From a virus: DNA of 64,000 nt. The notes below the pieces were generated by a model, which did not search any database, was not told the DNA's origin, and saw nothing but the letters and a program-made list of their open reading frames with translations. A program made the position numbers and the translations under genes. How positions within the stretch are numbered: position 1 is the stretch's first letter; the number at the start of each line of letters is the position of its first letter. Shown in pieces: positions 40,919 through 49,551 of this stretch. The stretch is from IMG/VR virus record IMGVR_UViG_3300034198_013268, positions 9,422 to 73,421 of that record; one strand, given 5' to 3'.

Positions 40919-41681
40919 GCCCGGCCAGCTCCCAGAGTACTTATCAGCGTCATCTATTGGCACTTTCCAACAATGCCCATTGAAGTACAAGCTTTCACGT
41001 ATTGACCAAATATCAGAACCTCCAACAATGCAGACGCTAATGGGCAACTTTGTCCATGAGGTCTTGGAAGAGATGTATTCAAACTTTGAGCCCGATGAAC
41101 GCACTATTCAATTAGCTCGTACTATCTGTACGACAATGTGGGAATCAGGGAACTGGGCAGAACGTGTTACACCTTATCTTGGGCGTACCACAATGAATGA
41201 ACTTCGATGGATGTGCTGGTGGTGCATTGAAAACCTTTTTGGAATGGAAGACCCTAAAATAGTAACTCCATCTGGAGTTGAGTGTGAAGTCAACGGTGAA
41301 TTAAATGGCGTTAACATAAAAGGCTTTATTGACCGCTGGAGCGTAGAAAACGGTATTGCAAAAATAACCGACTACAAAACTGGTAAAACACCCAGCAAGC
41401 GATACATGGACGGTAAGTTTTTTCAGCTTACCCTTTATGCCGCAATGCTCGCTAAAGATGAAGAATTTAGTTCATTTAACCTAGAGCTTCTTTATCTAAA
41501 AGATGGAGTACGCCTAGAGGGATATGCCTCTCCTGAGGATATAAATGAAGTAATAACTGTTGTCACAAACGTAAAGGAACAAATAAATAAATCTTATGAC
41601 AATAACGACTGGACAGCAATACCAAGCAAATTATGCGACTGGTGCATATACAAAAAAACAATCTGTACGCATTGGAACTGA
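40911..41681 (+). CDS. RecB/Cas4-like PD-(D/E)XK exonuclease
   Basis: LSASSI..FQQCP, GFIDR, DYKTGK, QLTLYA, C-terminal CDWC...C (possible Fe-S cysteines). Confidence 0.9.
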   Translation: MSEPGQLPEYLSASSIGTFQQCPLKYKLSRIDQISEPPTMQTLMGNFVHEVLEEMYSNFEPDERTIQLARTICTTMWESGNWAERVTPYLGRTTMNELRWMCWWCIENLFGMEDPKIVTPSGVECEVNGELNGVNIKGFIDRWSVENGIAKITDYKTGKTPSKRYMDGKFFQLTLYAAMLAKDEEFSSFNLELLYLKDGVRLEGYASPEDINEVITVVTNVKEQINKSYDNNDWTAIPSKLCDWCIYKKTICTHWN

Positions 41682-41682
41682 A

Positions 41683-42162
41683 ATGAATGACGAGACATTT
41701 GCTCGTATTGTTGCTGAAGAAGTAAAAAACAAAGCTACGCCTAGTCAGCGTGAATACCTAGAGCAACCGCAAAACCGCGATAGGTGGAGACGTGCTCTTA
41801 TCGCTCTTGTGTCAAACCTTCAACAACAAATAGACGACATAGAAGCTGACGAAAAAGAAGATATAGCAAGATACACGGCTATGGGTCGCTCCGGCCTGGC
41901 TCTTTTGTCAGAAACAACATCTTCTTACTCTGAGCGCAAAAACAAGATTGAACGTTTTAAATTTTATGTTAGTTCAAGGCTTGACAAAGTGATGGAAATG
42001 TCTGAAACGTCAGATTTTATTTCACGGACCGAATTATTTGAAAAAGCAATCCGCGAGCACAAATACCTTATGGAACAAAACGATATGGAAGTAACCCCTG
42101 CAGATGAGGCACTTTGGGCAACGCTTGACGGTCGTTGGGAGTTCGATGACATTACTATGTAG
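41683..42162 (+). CDS. Hypothetical helical protein
   Basis: Start taken at the ATG just after the nuclease stop, in frame with track ORF 41596..42162. Confidence 0.75.
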   Translation: MNDETFARIVAEEVKNKATPSQREYLEQPQNRDRWRRALIALVSNLQQQIDDIEADEKEDIARYTAMGRSGLALLSETTSSYSERKNKIERFKFYVSSRLDKVMEMSETSDFISRTELFEKAIREHKYLMEQNDMEVTPADEALWATLDGRWEFDDITM

Positions 42163-42164
42163 TT

Positions 42165-42464
42165 ATGCGTCATAGGTCTAGTAAAAAAGAAGCTGAATAC
42201 AGACTAAGAAGACCATTGGTGGCTCGCCTACTAAAAGAGCGTCCGCTCTGCGAGGCCTGCCCTATATTTGCAAAGCATGACGAGCGCGGAGTCTACGGAA
42301 GAAGACAAAGCGTAGATATTCATGAATTAAAAAGGCGCTCTCAAGGCGGTTCTATTTTAGATGAAGATAATCTTATGGCTGTTTGCAGGCCATGTCATAC
42401 AAGAATTGGAAATTATCCACAGCTTGCTTTTGACTTGGGTTTGTCAAGACATGGATACGAATGA
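42165..42464 (+). CDS. HNH endonuclease
   Basis: CEAC...DIHELKRRSQGGS..DEDNLMAVCRPCH. Confidence 0.88.
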   Translation: MRHRSSKKEAEYRLRRPLVARLLKERPLCEACPIFAKHDERGVYGRRQSVDIHELKRRSQGGSILDEDNLMAVCRPCHTRIGNYPQLAFDLGLSRHGYE

Positions 42465-42506
42465 CCACAAATAAAGATTAATTAACATGAGGTCATCATC
42501 GGCCAA

Positions 42507-42515
42507 TGTTAGTAT
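42507..42515 (+). promoter_or_regulatory. Putative extended -10 promoter (TG-T-TAGTAT)
   Basis: TGnTAnnnT match in the HNH-RuvC intergenic gap. Confidence 0.4.
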
Positions 42516-42618
42516 CAATAAAGCGCGCTAATCCTTCGATAAATAAGGGAGGCAGGTGGTCATAGGTCTAGCGAAACTATTTCGCGGCACAGAGGTTGCA
42601 AATTATTGCCAAGCCCTC

Positions 42619-42656
42619 AAACACCCATCTGCGATGCCGGATGGGTGTTTGCTTTT
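42619..42656 (+). terminator. Intrinsic terminator-like hairpin
   Basis: AAACACCCATC(TG)-loop-(CG)GATGGGTGTTT inverted repeat followed by GCTTTT. Confidence 0.7.
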
Positions 42657-42672
42657 GTTGTAGTCTTTTCTC

Positions 42673-43203
42673 GTGTCTTCCCTTATTGGTCTTGATTTAA
42701 GCCTTACATCAACAGGGATTTCCATAAATGAGCAGACATTAACTGTTAATACAAAAACTCGAGGAGCCGAAAGGCTGCATATCATATCCTCCGAGATAAT
42801 AAACAAATGTCTTGAATTTGACGTTTACTGCGCGGTTATAGAGGGGTACTCCTTTGCTTCCCGGAACAGCCAAGCTCATAGCATTGGGGAGCTAGGTGGA
42901 GCGGTAAGAATGAGACTCTGGGAAAATGGTATCCCCTTTGTTGACATACCTCCAACCTGTAGGGCAAAGTTTGCAACGGGCAAAGGTAACGCCGGCAAAG
43001 GCGAGGTAATTTCTTCAGTTTCAGCAAAGACGGGAATTGTTTTTTCAGGTGCTGGCGGGGATGATGAATGCGATGCTTGGTTGTTGGAACAGATGGCAAT
43101 TAGTCATCTTGGTATTAGTAATTATTCATGGCCGGAGATGCATCTATCTGCATTAAGCAAGATAGATTGGGAAGCGTTAGACAATGCAAGGGAGCAAAAA
43201 TAA
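42673..43203 (+). CDS. ruvC: RuvC-like Holliday junction resolvase
   Basis: IGLDLSLTSTG, VIEG, KFATGKGNAGK, DDECDA. Confidence 0.88.
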   Translation: MSSLIGLDLSLTSTGISINEQTLTVNTKTRGAERLHIISSEIINKCLEFDVYCAVIEGYSFASRNSQAHSIGELGGAVRMRLWENGIPFVDIPPTCRAKFATGKGNAGKGEVISSVSAKTGIVFSGAGGDDECDAWLLEQMAISHLGISNYSWPEMHLSALSKIDWEALDNAREQK

Positions 43204-43544
43204 TGAAAAGAAGCGCACCTATAACACAGGTAGACGTAGAGAACGGGCTTCTATCGTTAATAGAAGATTTAGAAGAAGAAACCGAAGCATTTGAACGTTT
43301 AATTGAAGATGCGGCCAAGAAAGAAGCCCTCTACAAGACCAATTGGGCCAAGGAGTATTTATCTGCAAAGGGCTCAATTAAGGAACGTGAAGCATGGGCC
43401 GACTACAAACTTAGTGATGAAGTTTTTGATTATAAAATTTCTGAAGCGTTAGTAAAAGCAAAACGAGAAAAACTACTATCCGTGCGTACTAGTATTGACG
43501 CTTTACGTACCCTTAACGCAAACGTAAGGTCTCAGGTAAATTGA
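43203..43544 (+). CDS. Hypothetical coiled-coil protein
   Basis: ATG overlaps the RuvC stop and is in frame with track ORF 43128..43544. Confidence 0.75.
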   Translation: MKRSAPITQVDVENGLLSLIEDLEEETEAFERLIEDAAKKEALYKTNWAKEYLSAKGSIKEREAWADYKLSDEVFDYKISEALVKAKREKLLSVRTSIDALRTLNANVRSQVN

Positions 43545-44101
43545 TGAGTTTTGTTTTTGAAAAATCTATTTTAGGTTTAAATGAAATACGACCTGCTCCG
43601 TGGCGGGCTGTGCATGTTTTGAAACCAGATTTAAAAGTTCTTGTTGAATCAATTCGCGAATATGGGTTAATTAACCCAATAGTGGTTCATAAACAAACCG
43701 GGTTAATTATTGACGGCTTTCATAGGGCGGTGGCAATTCAGGGCGACAAGGAACTTTCTAAAATCTATAAAAAAGGAATACAGTCTTTAGTTGTTGAGTG
43801 TTCAGAAACCGATTCAATGCTTATGCATATTCGGCTTAATCGCGCTCGTGGAGGTGTAGTCCTTCACCACCTCTCTCGTCTTGTCAAGCAGATATATCAA
43901 TCTGGAACGCAAAATCTCTACGAACTGGAAGAATCACTAGGCATGACAAGCATGGAGCTAGATGCTCTTTTGGACGGTTCTCTCATCAAGTCGCGAAAAG
44001 TATCGGAACATCAGTACTCTAAAGCTTGGGTCCCAGTTGAGGCACCGGCTGGAAAAGTGGACTCTATGGCTGTTGAGCGACCTCCAAATCCAGACAGGTG
44101 A
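43541..44101 (+). CDS. ParB/Srx-like (IbrB-like) protein
   Basis: SIREYGLINPIVV...IIDGFHR (ParBc) plus HIRLNRARG and YSKAW, reminiscent of IbrB. Confidence 0.8.
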   Translation: MMSFVFEKSILGLNEIRPAPWRAVHVLKPDLKVLVESIREYGLINPIVVHKQTGLIIDGFHRAVAIQGDKELSKIYKKGIQSLVVECSETDSMLMHIRLNRARGGVVLHHLSRLVKQIYQSGTQNLYELEESLGMTSMELDALLDGSLIKSRKVSEHQYSKAWVPVEAPAGKVDSMAVERPPNPDR

Positions 44102-44146
44102 TAGTTGGTGTAAACTGTTGTCGTTGCACTAATTGCGAGGTTTCAT

Positions 44147-44368
44147 ATGGTTGCCCCAAATACGAGCGTTGACTCAGAACTACCATCCCCCACACGTAGA
44201 GAAGCCAGAGGAACAAATTCTGTTGCCCCCTGGTGGAAGAGAGCTGCCTCATATGGCGTTAGACGTCTTGCAGATAGCGTTGGGGGTAGCGGAAGGCAGA
44301 ATACTTCAGCAGGTGAAGGTCGTTCACTGTTGCGGGAGCGCAGAACTGCGCGCCTAAGAGCTATTTAG
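44147..44368 (+). CDS. Small basic hypothetical protein
   Basis: 73 aa with GAGG RBS; fills the gap before the neck genes. Confidence 0.55.
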   Translation: MVAPNTSVDSELPSPTRREARGTNSVAPWWKRAASYGVRRLADSVGGSGRQNTSAGEGRSLLRERRTARLRAI

Positions 44369-44379
44369 TTAGTTGAACA

Positions 44380-45240
44380 ATGCTTGTTTCTGTTTCTGAC
44401 TTAACAAACTACATGGATATTCGTTTTAGCTTGCGTCAGCAAGATGCCGCTGAAATGGTCCTTGAAGGCCTTCAAAGCGAACTTGAGTCGTTCTTGCGTC
44501 GACCCGTTGAAGTTCAAGAATATACTGAAACATACGTAATCCCAACATCGGAACAAGGTTACCCATCTTCTTCTTTCTTTTACGATAAGTCTATTGACAC
44601 TACCGGTCTCTCAATGAACTACATCCAGCCGTCCGTGGTCTTCCCTTTACGAAATAGTCCTGTAATTCAAATTAAAAGTGTTTCAGTTCAAAACTTAGCT
44701 TTGAATAAAATTTACCTTGCTGAGGCAATGCAGAGAGATTCAATAGTAACCAACATAACGCGAAGCAACGATATTCTTACTATAACTTCTCTAAACGATT
44801 TTACAAAAGGGCAGCACGTGACTATAAAAGGCGTGGTTCCTAATGACTACAACATTACGGTCAAAGAAATACTTTCAGTCACTCCAACATCATTTACGGT
44901 CAGTGCAACTAATGTCAATATAGACGCAGGTCCGTATGTTTCTGGTGGTACCTGTTTAACTGCGGGGACTGACTACACAACTCAAAGATGGGGTGTTGAG
45001 CTTTATTACGGATTCCCTAATGACCTTGTAGAGGTTAACTATATTGCTGGTCTTGATGGCGAACAGATTAAAGTATTTAAATTAATGATTCTTCGCGCAG
45101 CCACAAGAGAAATGCAAAATATGCATGATGACGTAGTTGGAGTTAAAGACCTTAACTCTCGTAACGTTGCTCCGCTCGAAACTGGATTTACGGAAAAAGA
45201 ACTAAACGCATTGAAGCGTTGGCGTAGAAGAAGAATATAG
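44380..45240 (+). CDS. Head-tail connector/adaptor protein with an inserted beta-rich domain
   Basis: LVSVSDLTNYM N-terminus and VEVNYIAG...LKRWRRRRI C-terminus are typical of adaptors; located before the neck and sheath genes. Confidence 0.75.
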   Translation: MLVSVSDLTNYMDIRFSLRQQDAAEMVLEGLQSELESFLRRPVEVQEYTETYVIPTSEQGYPSSSFFYDKSIDTTGLSMNYIQPSVVFPLRNSPVIQIKSVSVQNLALNKIYLAEAMQRDSIVTNITRSNDILTITSLNDFTKGQHVTIKGVVPNDYNITVKEILSVTPTSFTVSATNVNIDAGPYVSGGTCLTAGTDYTTQRWGVELYYGFPNDLVEVNYIAGLDGEQIKVFKLMILRAATREMQNMHDDVVGVKDLNSRNVAPLETGFTEKELNALKRWRRRRI

Positions 45241-45702
45241 ATGTCCGTTAAAGCGACGGTGAATATAAACGGTGTTCCGCCAATAGTGCGCAAACTAGGG
45301 GATATGCTGCTAAGAGGTAAGACCTTTACCCCTTTATTTGCTAAGCAAATAGCTGAAATAAAACTAGCGTGGGCAGGAAATTTTACCACTGGTGGTTTTG
45401 CTTCTGGAGGATGGATGCCCCTGGATGCGGGTTATGCAGCATGGAAATTGGTTCGTTACCCTGGGTCTCCCCCGATGGTAAGAACAGGAAAACTTTTTCA
45501 AAGCCTCACGGCTGGAATGACAGAAAGCATCTTTAGCGCAACTCCAAATTCCTACAAAATGGGAACAACCGTTGAGTACGCAAAGTTTCATCAATATGGA
45601 ACTACAAAAATGCCAGCGCGTCAGATAGTATTTGTTCCTACTGAATTTGCCCAGAGGGCAGCAACAGATGCTGCCAATTGGGTAGTACGAGGGGAAATTT
45701 AA
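45241..45702 (+). CDS. Virion morphogenesis / neck protein (Mu gpG, P2 gpS-like)
   Basis: MVRTGKLFQSL...GTTVEYAKFHQYGTTKMPAR. Confidence 0.82.
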   Translation: MSVKATVNINGVPPIVRKLGDMLLRGKTFTPLFAKQIAEIKLAWAGNFTTGGFASGGWMPLDAGYAAWKLVRYPGSPPMVRTGKLFQSLTAGMTESIFSATPNSYKMGTTVEYAKFHQYGTTKMPARQIVFVPTEFAQRAATDAANWVVRGEI

Positions 45703-46316
45703 TGGCCGGCAACTTAATGTTCGGCGCTCAGTTTGCAAAAAGTTTTGTGAGCCAATACCTGAGTGCAGATATTCCACAAAGACTCATTAGGTACAGAAAT
45801 GGGTGGAACCTCGATGACTTAACCCTTCCTGTACCGGTCGACTATTTGACCTATGAGCCGCTTGCTTTAGATGCTTGGCCAATAATAATTACTGTTGCTA
45901 TCAATGCCAAGTCTTTTGACAGATTAGGTTTTGATGGTTGGTCGATGGACCCTCGCTATAGAGTTAAGTACGGCATGCGCACGTACGTTTGGGTAAGAAC
46001 CGAAGGTTCCGAAGAAGCAACGCTTATGCGCGACAGGCTTACAACCGTAGTGCGTTCTGCCCTTTTGGACTATCCATGCCTTCAGCGTGCTGACGACGGC
46101 AATCAGGCCCTAGTAGAAGAAACCTCAATGTCTGAAGAATACTCAGAATTGACTTTGCTCAAAGGTGACAGGGTGCTTGCTGGAGCTTACTTGGGTTATG
46201 ACCTATTATTAGATGAAGTGATTAAGCGGGAAGACCTCGGACCTCCTGTCTCACATTACGATGTCGAAGTACAAGGAACGGGCGACCCGACAGCCACATT
46301 ACCGCTGGAGAACTAA
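45702..46316 (+). CDS. Putative tail terminator/completion protein
   Basis: ATG overlaps the upstream stop; position between neck and sheath genes. Confidence 0.6.
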   Translation: MAGNLMFGAQFAKSFVSQYLSADIPQRLIRYRNGWNLDDLTLPVPVDYLTYEPLALDAWPIIITVAINAKSFDRLGFDGWSMDPRYRVKYGMRTYVWVRTEGSEEATLMRDRLTTVVRSALLDYPCLQRADDGNQALVEETSMSEEYSELTLLKGDRVLAGAYLGYDLLLDEVIKREDLGPPVSHYDVEVQGTGDPTATLPLEN

Positions 46317-46820
46317 ATGGAACATAACGACGCAAATTTTTTTAAAGCACTGCCATCGGTACAAACAGTGCTCCCTAGTGAGTATTTTGGAACAATTCAA
46401 ATACAAAATACTTCCGGTGCAACCCTGCTTGTAACTGATGAAACCTATATGTATCCTCGTTCTGTTGCGTTAGTGTCAATAAATAATGTAAGAATTGAAA
46501 AACTTATAGCTGAAAAAAAAATAAAAGCTAAAATTTTTGAAACTGATGCAACTTTGTCAATAGATGATGCAGATGAAACCGTAGTTGCTGCAAAAAAAAA
46601 GCAAAAGAAAAAAGTTCACCGAGAGTCTTCCTCCCCCCAATCAGCAGAAAGTGCTGCGGATAATGAGCTTCTTGCCGCTTTGATTTCCGGTGAAATAAAA
46701 GAAACAGAACCACAAGTCGATGAAGCGCCAGAAATGGTTGCCGAAGAAGAAAAAATAGATTCAATAGAAACGGTTGAAGGTCTGCCAGAAGACGACGCAA
46801 AAGCGTTACAATCTGAGTAG
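46317..46820 (+). CDS. Hypothetical protein
   Basis: 167-aa ORF with GGAG RBS and an acidic C-terminus. Confidence 0.7.
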   Translation: MEHNDANFFKALPSVQTVLPSEYFGTIQIQNTSGATLLVTDETYMYPRSVALVSINNVRIEKLIAEKKIKAKIFETDATLSIDDADETVVAAKKKQKKKVHRESSSPQSAESAADNELLAALISGEIKETEPQVDEAPEMVAEEEKIDSIETVEGLPEDDAKALQSE

Positions 46821-46865
46821 TCTCAATTCAAATAGCCCTTGTAAAATACGGGGACGGAGGAAGCA

Positions 46866-48326
46866 ATGCCAGGTGTAATCGTCACAACCGCAGTTCGTAC
46901 TGGTCCGGTTAACGTTCAAACTGCCGCAACCGCAACGATGTTCGTTGCCGGTGTAACAGACCGCGGACCAGATGGCCCAAACAATGCATTTTTAGTTTCG
47001 AGTATCTCTGACTTTGAAGCAATATACGGTGGTTACACATCTTCAGGATGGGTTCATCAATCAGTTAATGCTTTCTTTGAAGAGGGTGGCTCACGTGCTT
47101 ACATCTCGCGCGTAGCACCTGCTGACGCAACTGAGGCCGACTGCATCCTTCTTGATGGCGTATTGCCGGTAATAACCCTTACTGCTGCTGGCAAGGGCAC
47201 ATGGTCTCACTCAGGTGTTTTGACCGCAACCGTCACGCAGCCTACCATTACAACTTTCAAGATTCAAATCAAGCTTGATGGTGAGCTTGTCTACTCAACG
47301 AAGACTCATACAACATCTATTGATGCTGTAGAAGAAATTAATAACAGCGAAGTTGCAGCCATTTACGTTACGGCTGCAGATGAAGGCGAAGAGACTATTC
47401 CTGACGCTGTAGCTGCAAAAAACTTCAGCGGTGGAACTGACGGTGCTGCCGTTGCTGCTGCCGACGTTGTTGCTGCAATTGCTTGTTTTAACCAGAATAT
47501 GGGACCTGGGGCAGTTTGCGCTCCTGGATACACAACATCTGACGTTAGAAACGCACTTCTTGAGCATGCTCAAGAAAATAACAGAGTAGCAATTCTTGGT
47601 TTTGACAAAGATATTAGCGTAGACGATGCGATTGCTGAAGCAACTGACTACACTGACCTGCCGGACCAGTCAGAGCGCGCAGCCTTCTTTTATCCTTGGG
47701 TAAAGGTTCCTAACGGTAACGTTACAATGACCATCCCGCCAGAAGGATACGTATGCGCCAAGCGTGCAGAAATCCACAATGGCTACGGCAGCTGGACCCC
47801 ATATGCCGGAGAGCGCACAGAAAGCCGTTACGTAACGGTTCCTGCAGTTGCTCTCAGCAAGACGGACGCACAAAAGCTTGACGATGGCTACATCAATGCA
47901 ATTAAGTTGATTAACAACAAAGCAAGAATCTATGGTGCTCGTTCGGTTTCTTCTGATACCGACAACTTCCGTTTCATTACTTCAAGAGAAGTATTGAATC
48001 AAATTGTTGCAGAAGCCGAAGCGGACCTTGAAAGAATGTTGTTCTTGCCAATTGATGGACGCCGCTCTACATTTGTAGCGGTTGAAGCTGCACTAACAGC
48101 AATAATGGGAAGAATCCGTACTGGTGGCGGGCTTTTTGAAGCCTATGACCAAAGCGGTAAGTTGATTGACCCTGGTTATGTAGTCCAAGTCAACGATGCA
48201 ATCAACCCTTTATCACAATTGGCCACTGGAGTCATCAAGGCAAAAGTAGCAGCTCGTGTTTCTTCTATCGGAGACAAGATAGAAGTGACAATCACTAAAT
48301 CAAATCTAACATCAAGCTTGGCATAA
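46866..48326 (+). CDS. Tail sheath protein
   Basis: MPGVIVTT, AFFEEGGSRAYISRV, AAFFYPWVKV...IPPEGYV, INAIK...RIYGARS. Confidence 0.92.
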   Translation: MPGVIVTTAVRTGPVNVQTAATATMFVAGVTDRGPDGPNNAFLVSSISDFEAIYGGYTSSGWVHQSVNAFFEEGGSRAYISRVAPADATEADCILLDGVLPVITLTAAGKGTWSHSGVLTATVTQPTITTFKIQIKLDGELVYSTKTHTTSIDAVEEINNSEVAAIYVTAADEGEETIPDAVAAKNFSGGTDGAAVAAADVVAAIACFNQNMGPGAVCAPGYTTSDVRNALLEHAQENNRVAILGFDKDISVDDAIAEATDYTDLPDQSERAAFFYPWVKVPNGNVTMTIPPEGYVCAKRAEIHNGYGSWTPYAGERTESRYVTVPAVALSKTDAQKLDDGYINAIKLINNKARIYGARSVSSDTDNFRFITSREVLNQIVAEAEADLERMLFLPIDGRRSTFVAVEAALTAIMGRIRTGGGLFEAYDQSGKLIDPGYVVQVNDAINPLSQLATGVIKAKVAARVSSIGDKIEVTITKSNLTSSLA

Positions 48327-48338
48327 ACGGAGAAAAAA

Positions 48339-48785
48339 ATGGCATACTCAAGTTCACCCAGATACGCACAGAGACAAATACTGGCGAAATGTACCCCCAT
48401 TGCTGGTGCTGGTGCTCCCACAATCAATGACTACTTTGCTCAAATATCTGGAGGCGAAATTACTGCCTCTGTTGAGAAGGTATATCTAGGAGGAGAACCA
48501 TTCCCAACCACCCTTTGCGCTCCATCTGAGGTCGGGGACATCACCCTGACCAAACATTATGCTGACGACATGCAGGCGGTACTCAAGGCCCTGCGTCCAC
48601 TGGTTGGGCGCGCTTACTATTCTATCTCAGTAACTGACGTAGACTGCGGTTTGGCAGCCCATCAAACGCAAAGAACCTATTCGTCGGCCCTGCTTGTCGG
48701 AATGTCTGAGCCAGAAGGTGACGCATCTTCGGGTGCTCCAGTGACTTTTGCCCTTACATTTGCTGTAAACGGTCCTCCAGAATAA
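48339..48785 (+). CDS. Tail tube protein
   Basis: 148 aa directly after the sheath; FAQISGGEITAS...GDITLTK...FALTFAV. Confidence 0.78.
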   Translation: MAYSSSPRYAQRQILAKCTPIAGAGAPTINDYFAQISGGEITASVEKVYLGGEPFPTTLCAPSEVGDITLTKHYADDMQAVLKALRPLVGRAYYSISVTDVDCGLAAHQTQRTYSSALLVGMSEPEGDASSGAPVTFALTFAVNGPPE

Positions 48786-48840
48786 AAAAGTAATTCATTT
48801 ACATTTGTATTGAGGGCACTAGTGTGCTATTGTTCACGCT

Positions 48841-49353
48841 ATGACAAACCTCTACGAAGATTCTGAATTCTCCAATCCCGCTCCGGTAGTAATCCCTGAC
48901 GCGGATATTGATAATGTGTTAGACCAGCTAAAAGCTGTTATTGCCAAAAAGGTAAAACGTCCTGATGTTTTTATCAGCGTCCCTGAACGACCCGGTGTTA
49001 CATTACTAATTAGCCCCAACATCACCCAACAGCAGATTAAGGCTTGGCAAAAAAATGCTGGTTCTGACTCTAAAAATGGAATTGACGCAACAAAGTTTGC
49101 GTGTCAAGTAATCGGACACACAACCGTTGGTGTTTTCCTTAATGACGAAGAAGTTTTTGAAGGCGGAAAACCACTTGGTTTTGCTTCTCCTTCAATTCTT
49201 AAGATGACGGGTGCATCACGAGCGCTTCCAGATGCAGTAATTGCATTCTTTGGTATTGACCCACACGTGGAGGCAGCAGCACTGGCAATCATCGACGCCG
49301 CTGGGTATGGCGACGTAATTGAGCAACAGGAAAACCCTACGAAACAATCCTAG
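48841..49353 (+). CDS. Tail assembly chaperone (G)
   Basis: Between tube and tape measure; ends just after a G GAA AAC slippery site. Confidence 0.75.
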   Translation: MTNLYEDSEFSNPAPVVIPDADIDNVLDQLKAVIAKKVKRPDVFISVPERPGVTLLISPNITQQQIKAWQKNAGSDSKNGIDATKFACQVIGHTTVGVFLNDEEVFEGGKPLGFASPSILKMTGASRALPDAVIAFFGIDPHVEAAALAIIDAAGYGDVIEQQENPTKQS

Positions 49354-49520
49354 AGGAATTAGTAGACGATTCTAGGATTGCGACTGCAGCCCGCCTTGGC
49401 GAGCTATTTGGTTCAGACCCAATAAAACTACTGGATTGCAGCCCTGATGAATGGGTGATACGCGTCGCTTGTGCTAAAGTTATAGAAGCGGACCGCGAGG
49501 CTGCGGAGCGTAAACGCTAA
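49329..49520 (+). CDS. Tail assembly chaperone -1 frameshift extension (GT)
   Basis: The -1 frame is open from GGAAAAC (49329-49335) to TAA 49518-49520: ...YETILEELVDDSRIATAARLGELFGSDPIKLLDCSPDEWVIRVACAKVIEADREAAERKR. It has no ATG of its own. Confidence 0.75.
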   Translation, partial: GKPYETILEELVDDSRIATAARLGELFGSDPIKLLDCSPDEWVIRVACAKVIEADREAAERKR

Positions 49521-49551
49521 TAGGCATTAACGCCTTTAAACTGGGGTTCTA

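Noticed and set aside
40911-41681. Cas4 / CRISPR system
   Set aside because: No repeat-spacer array or other cas genes are visible; the context (Rad52-like SSAP, RuvC) indicates a recombination nuclease
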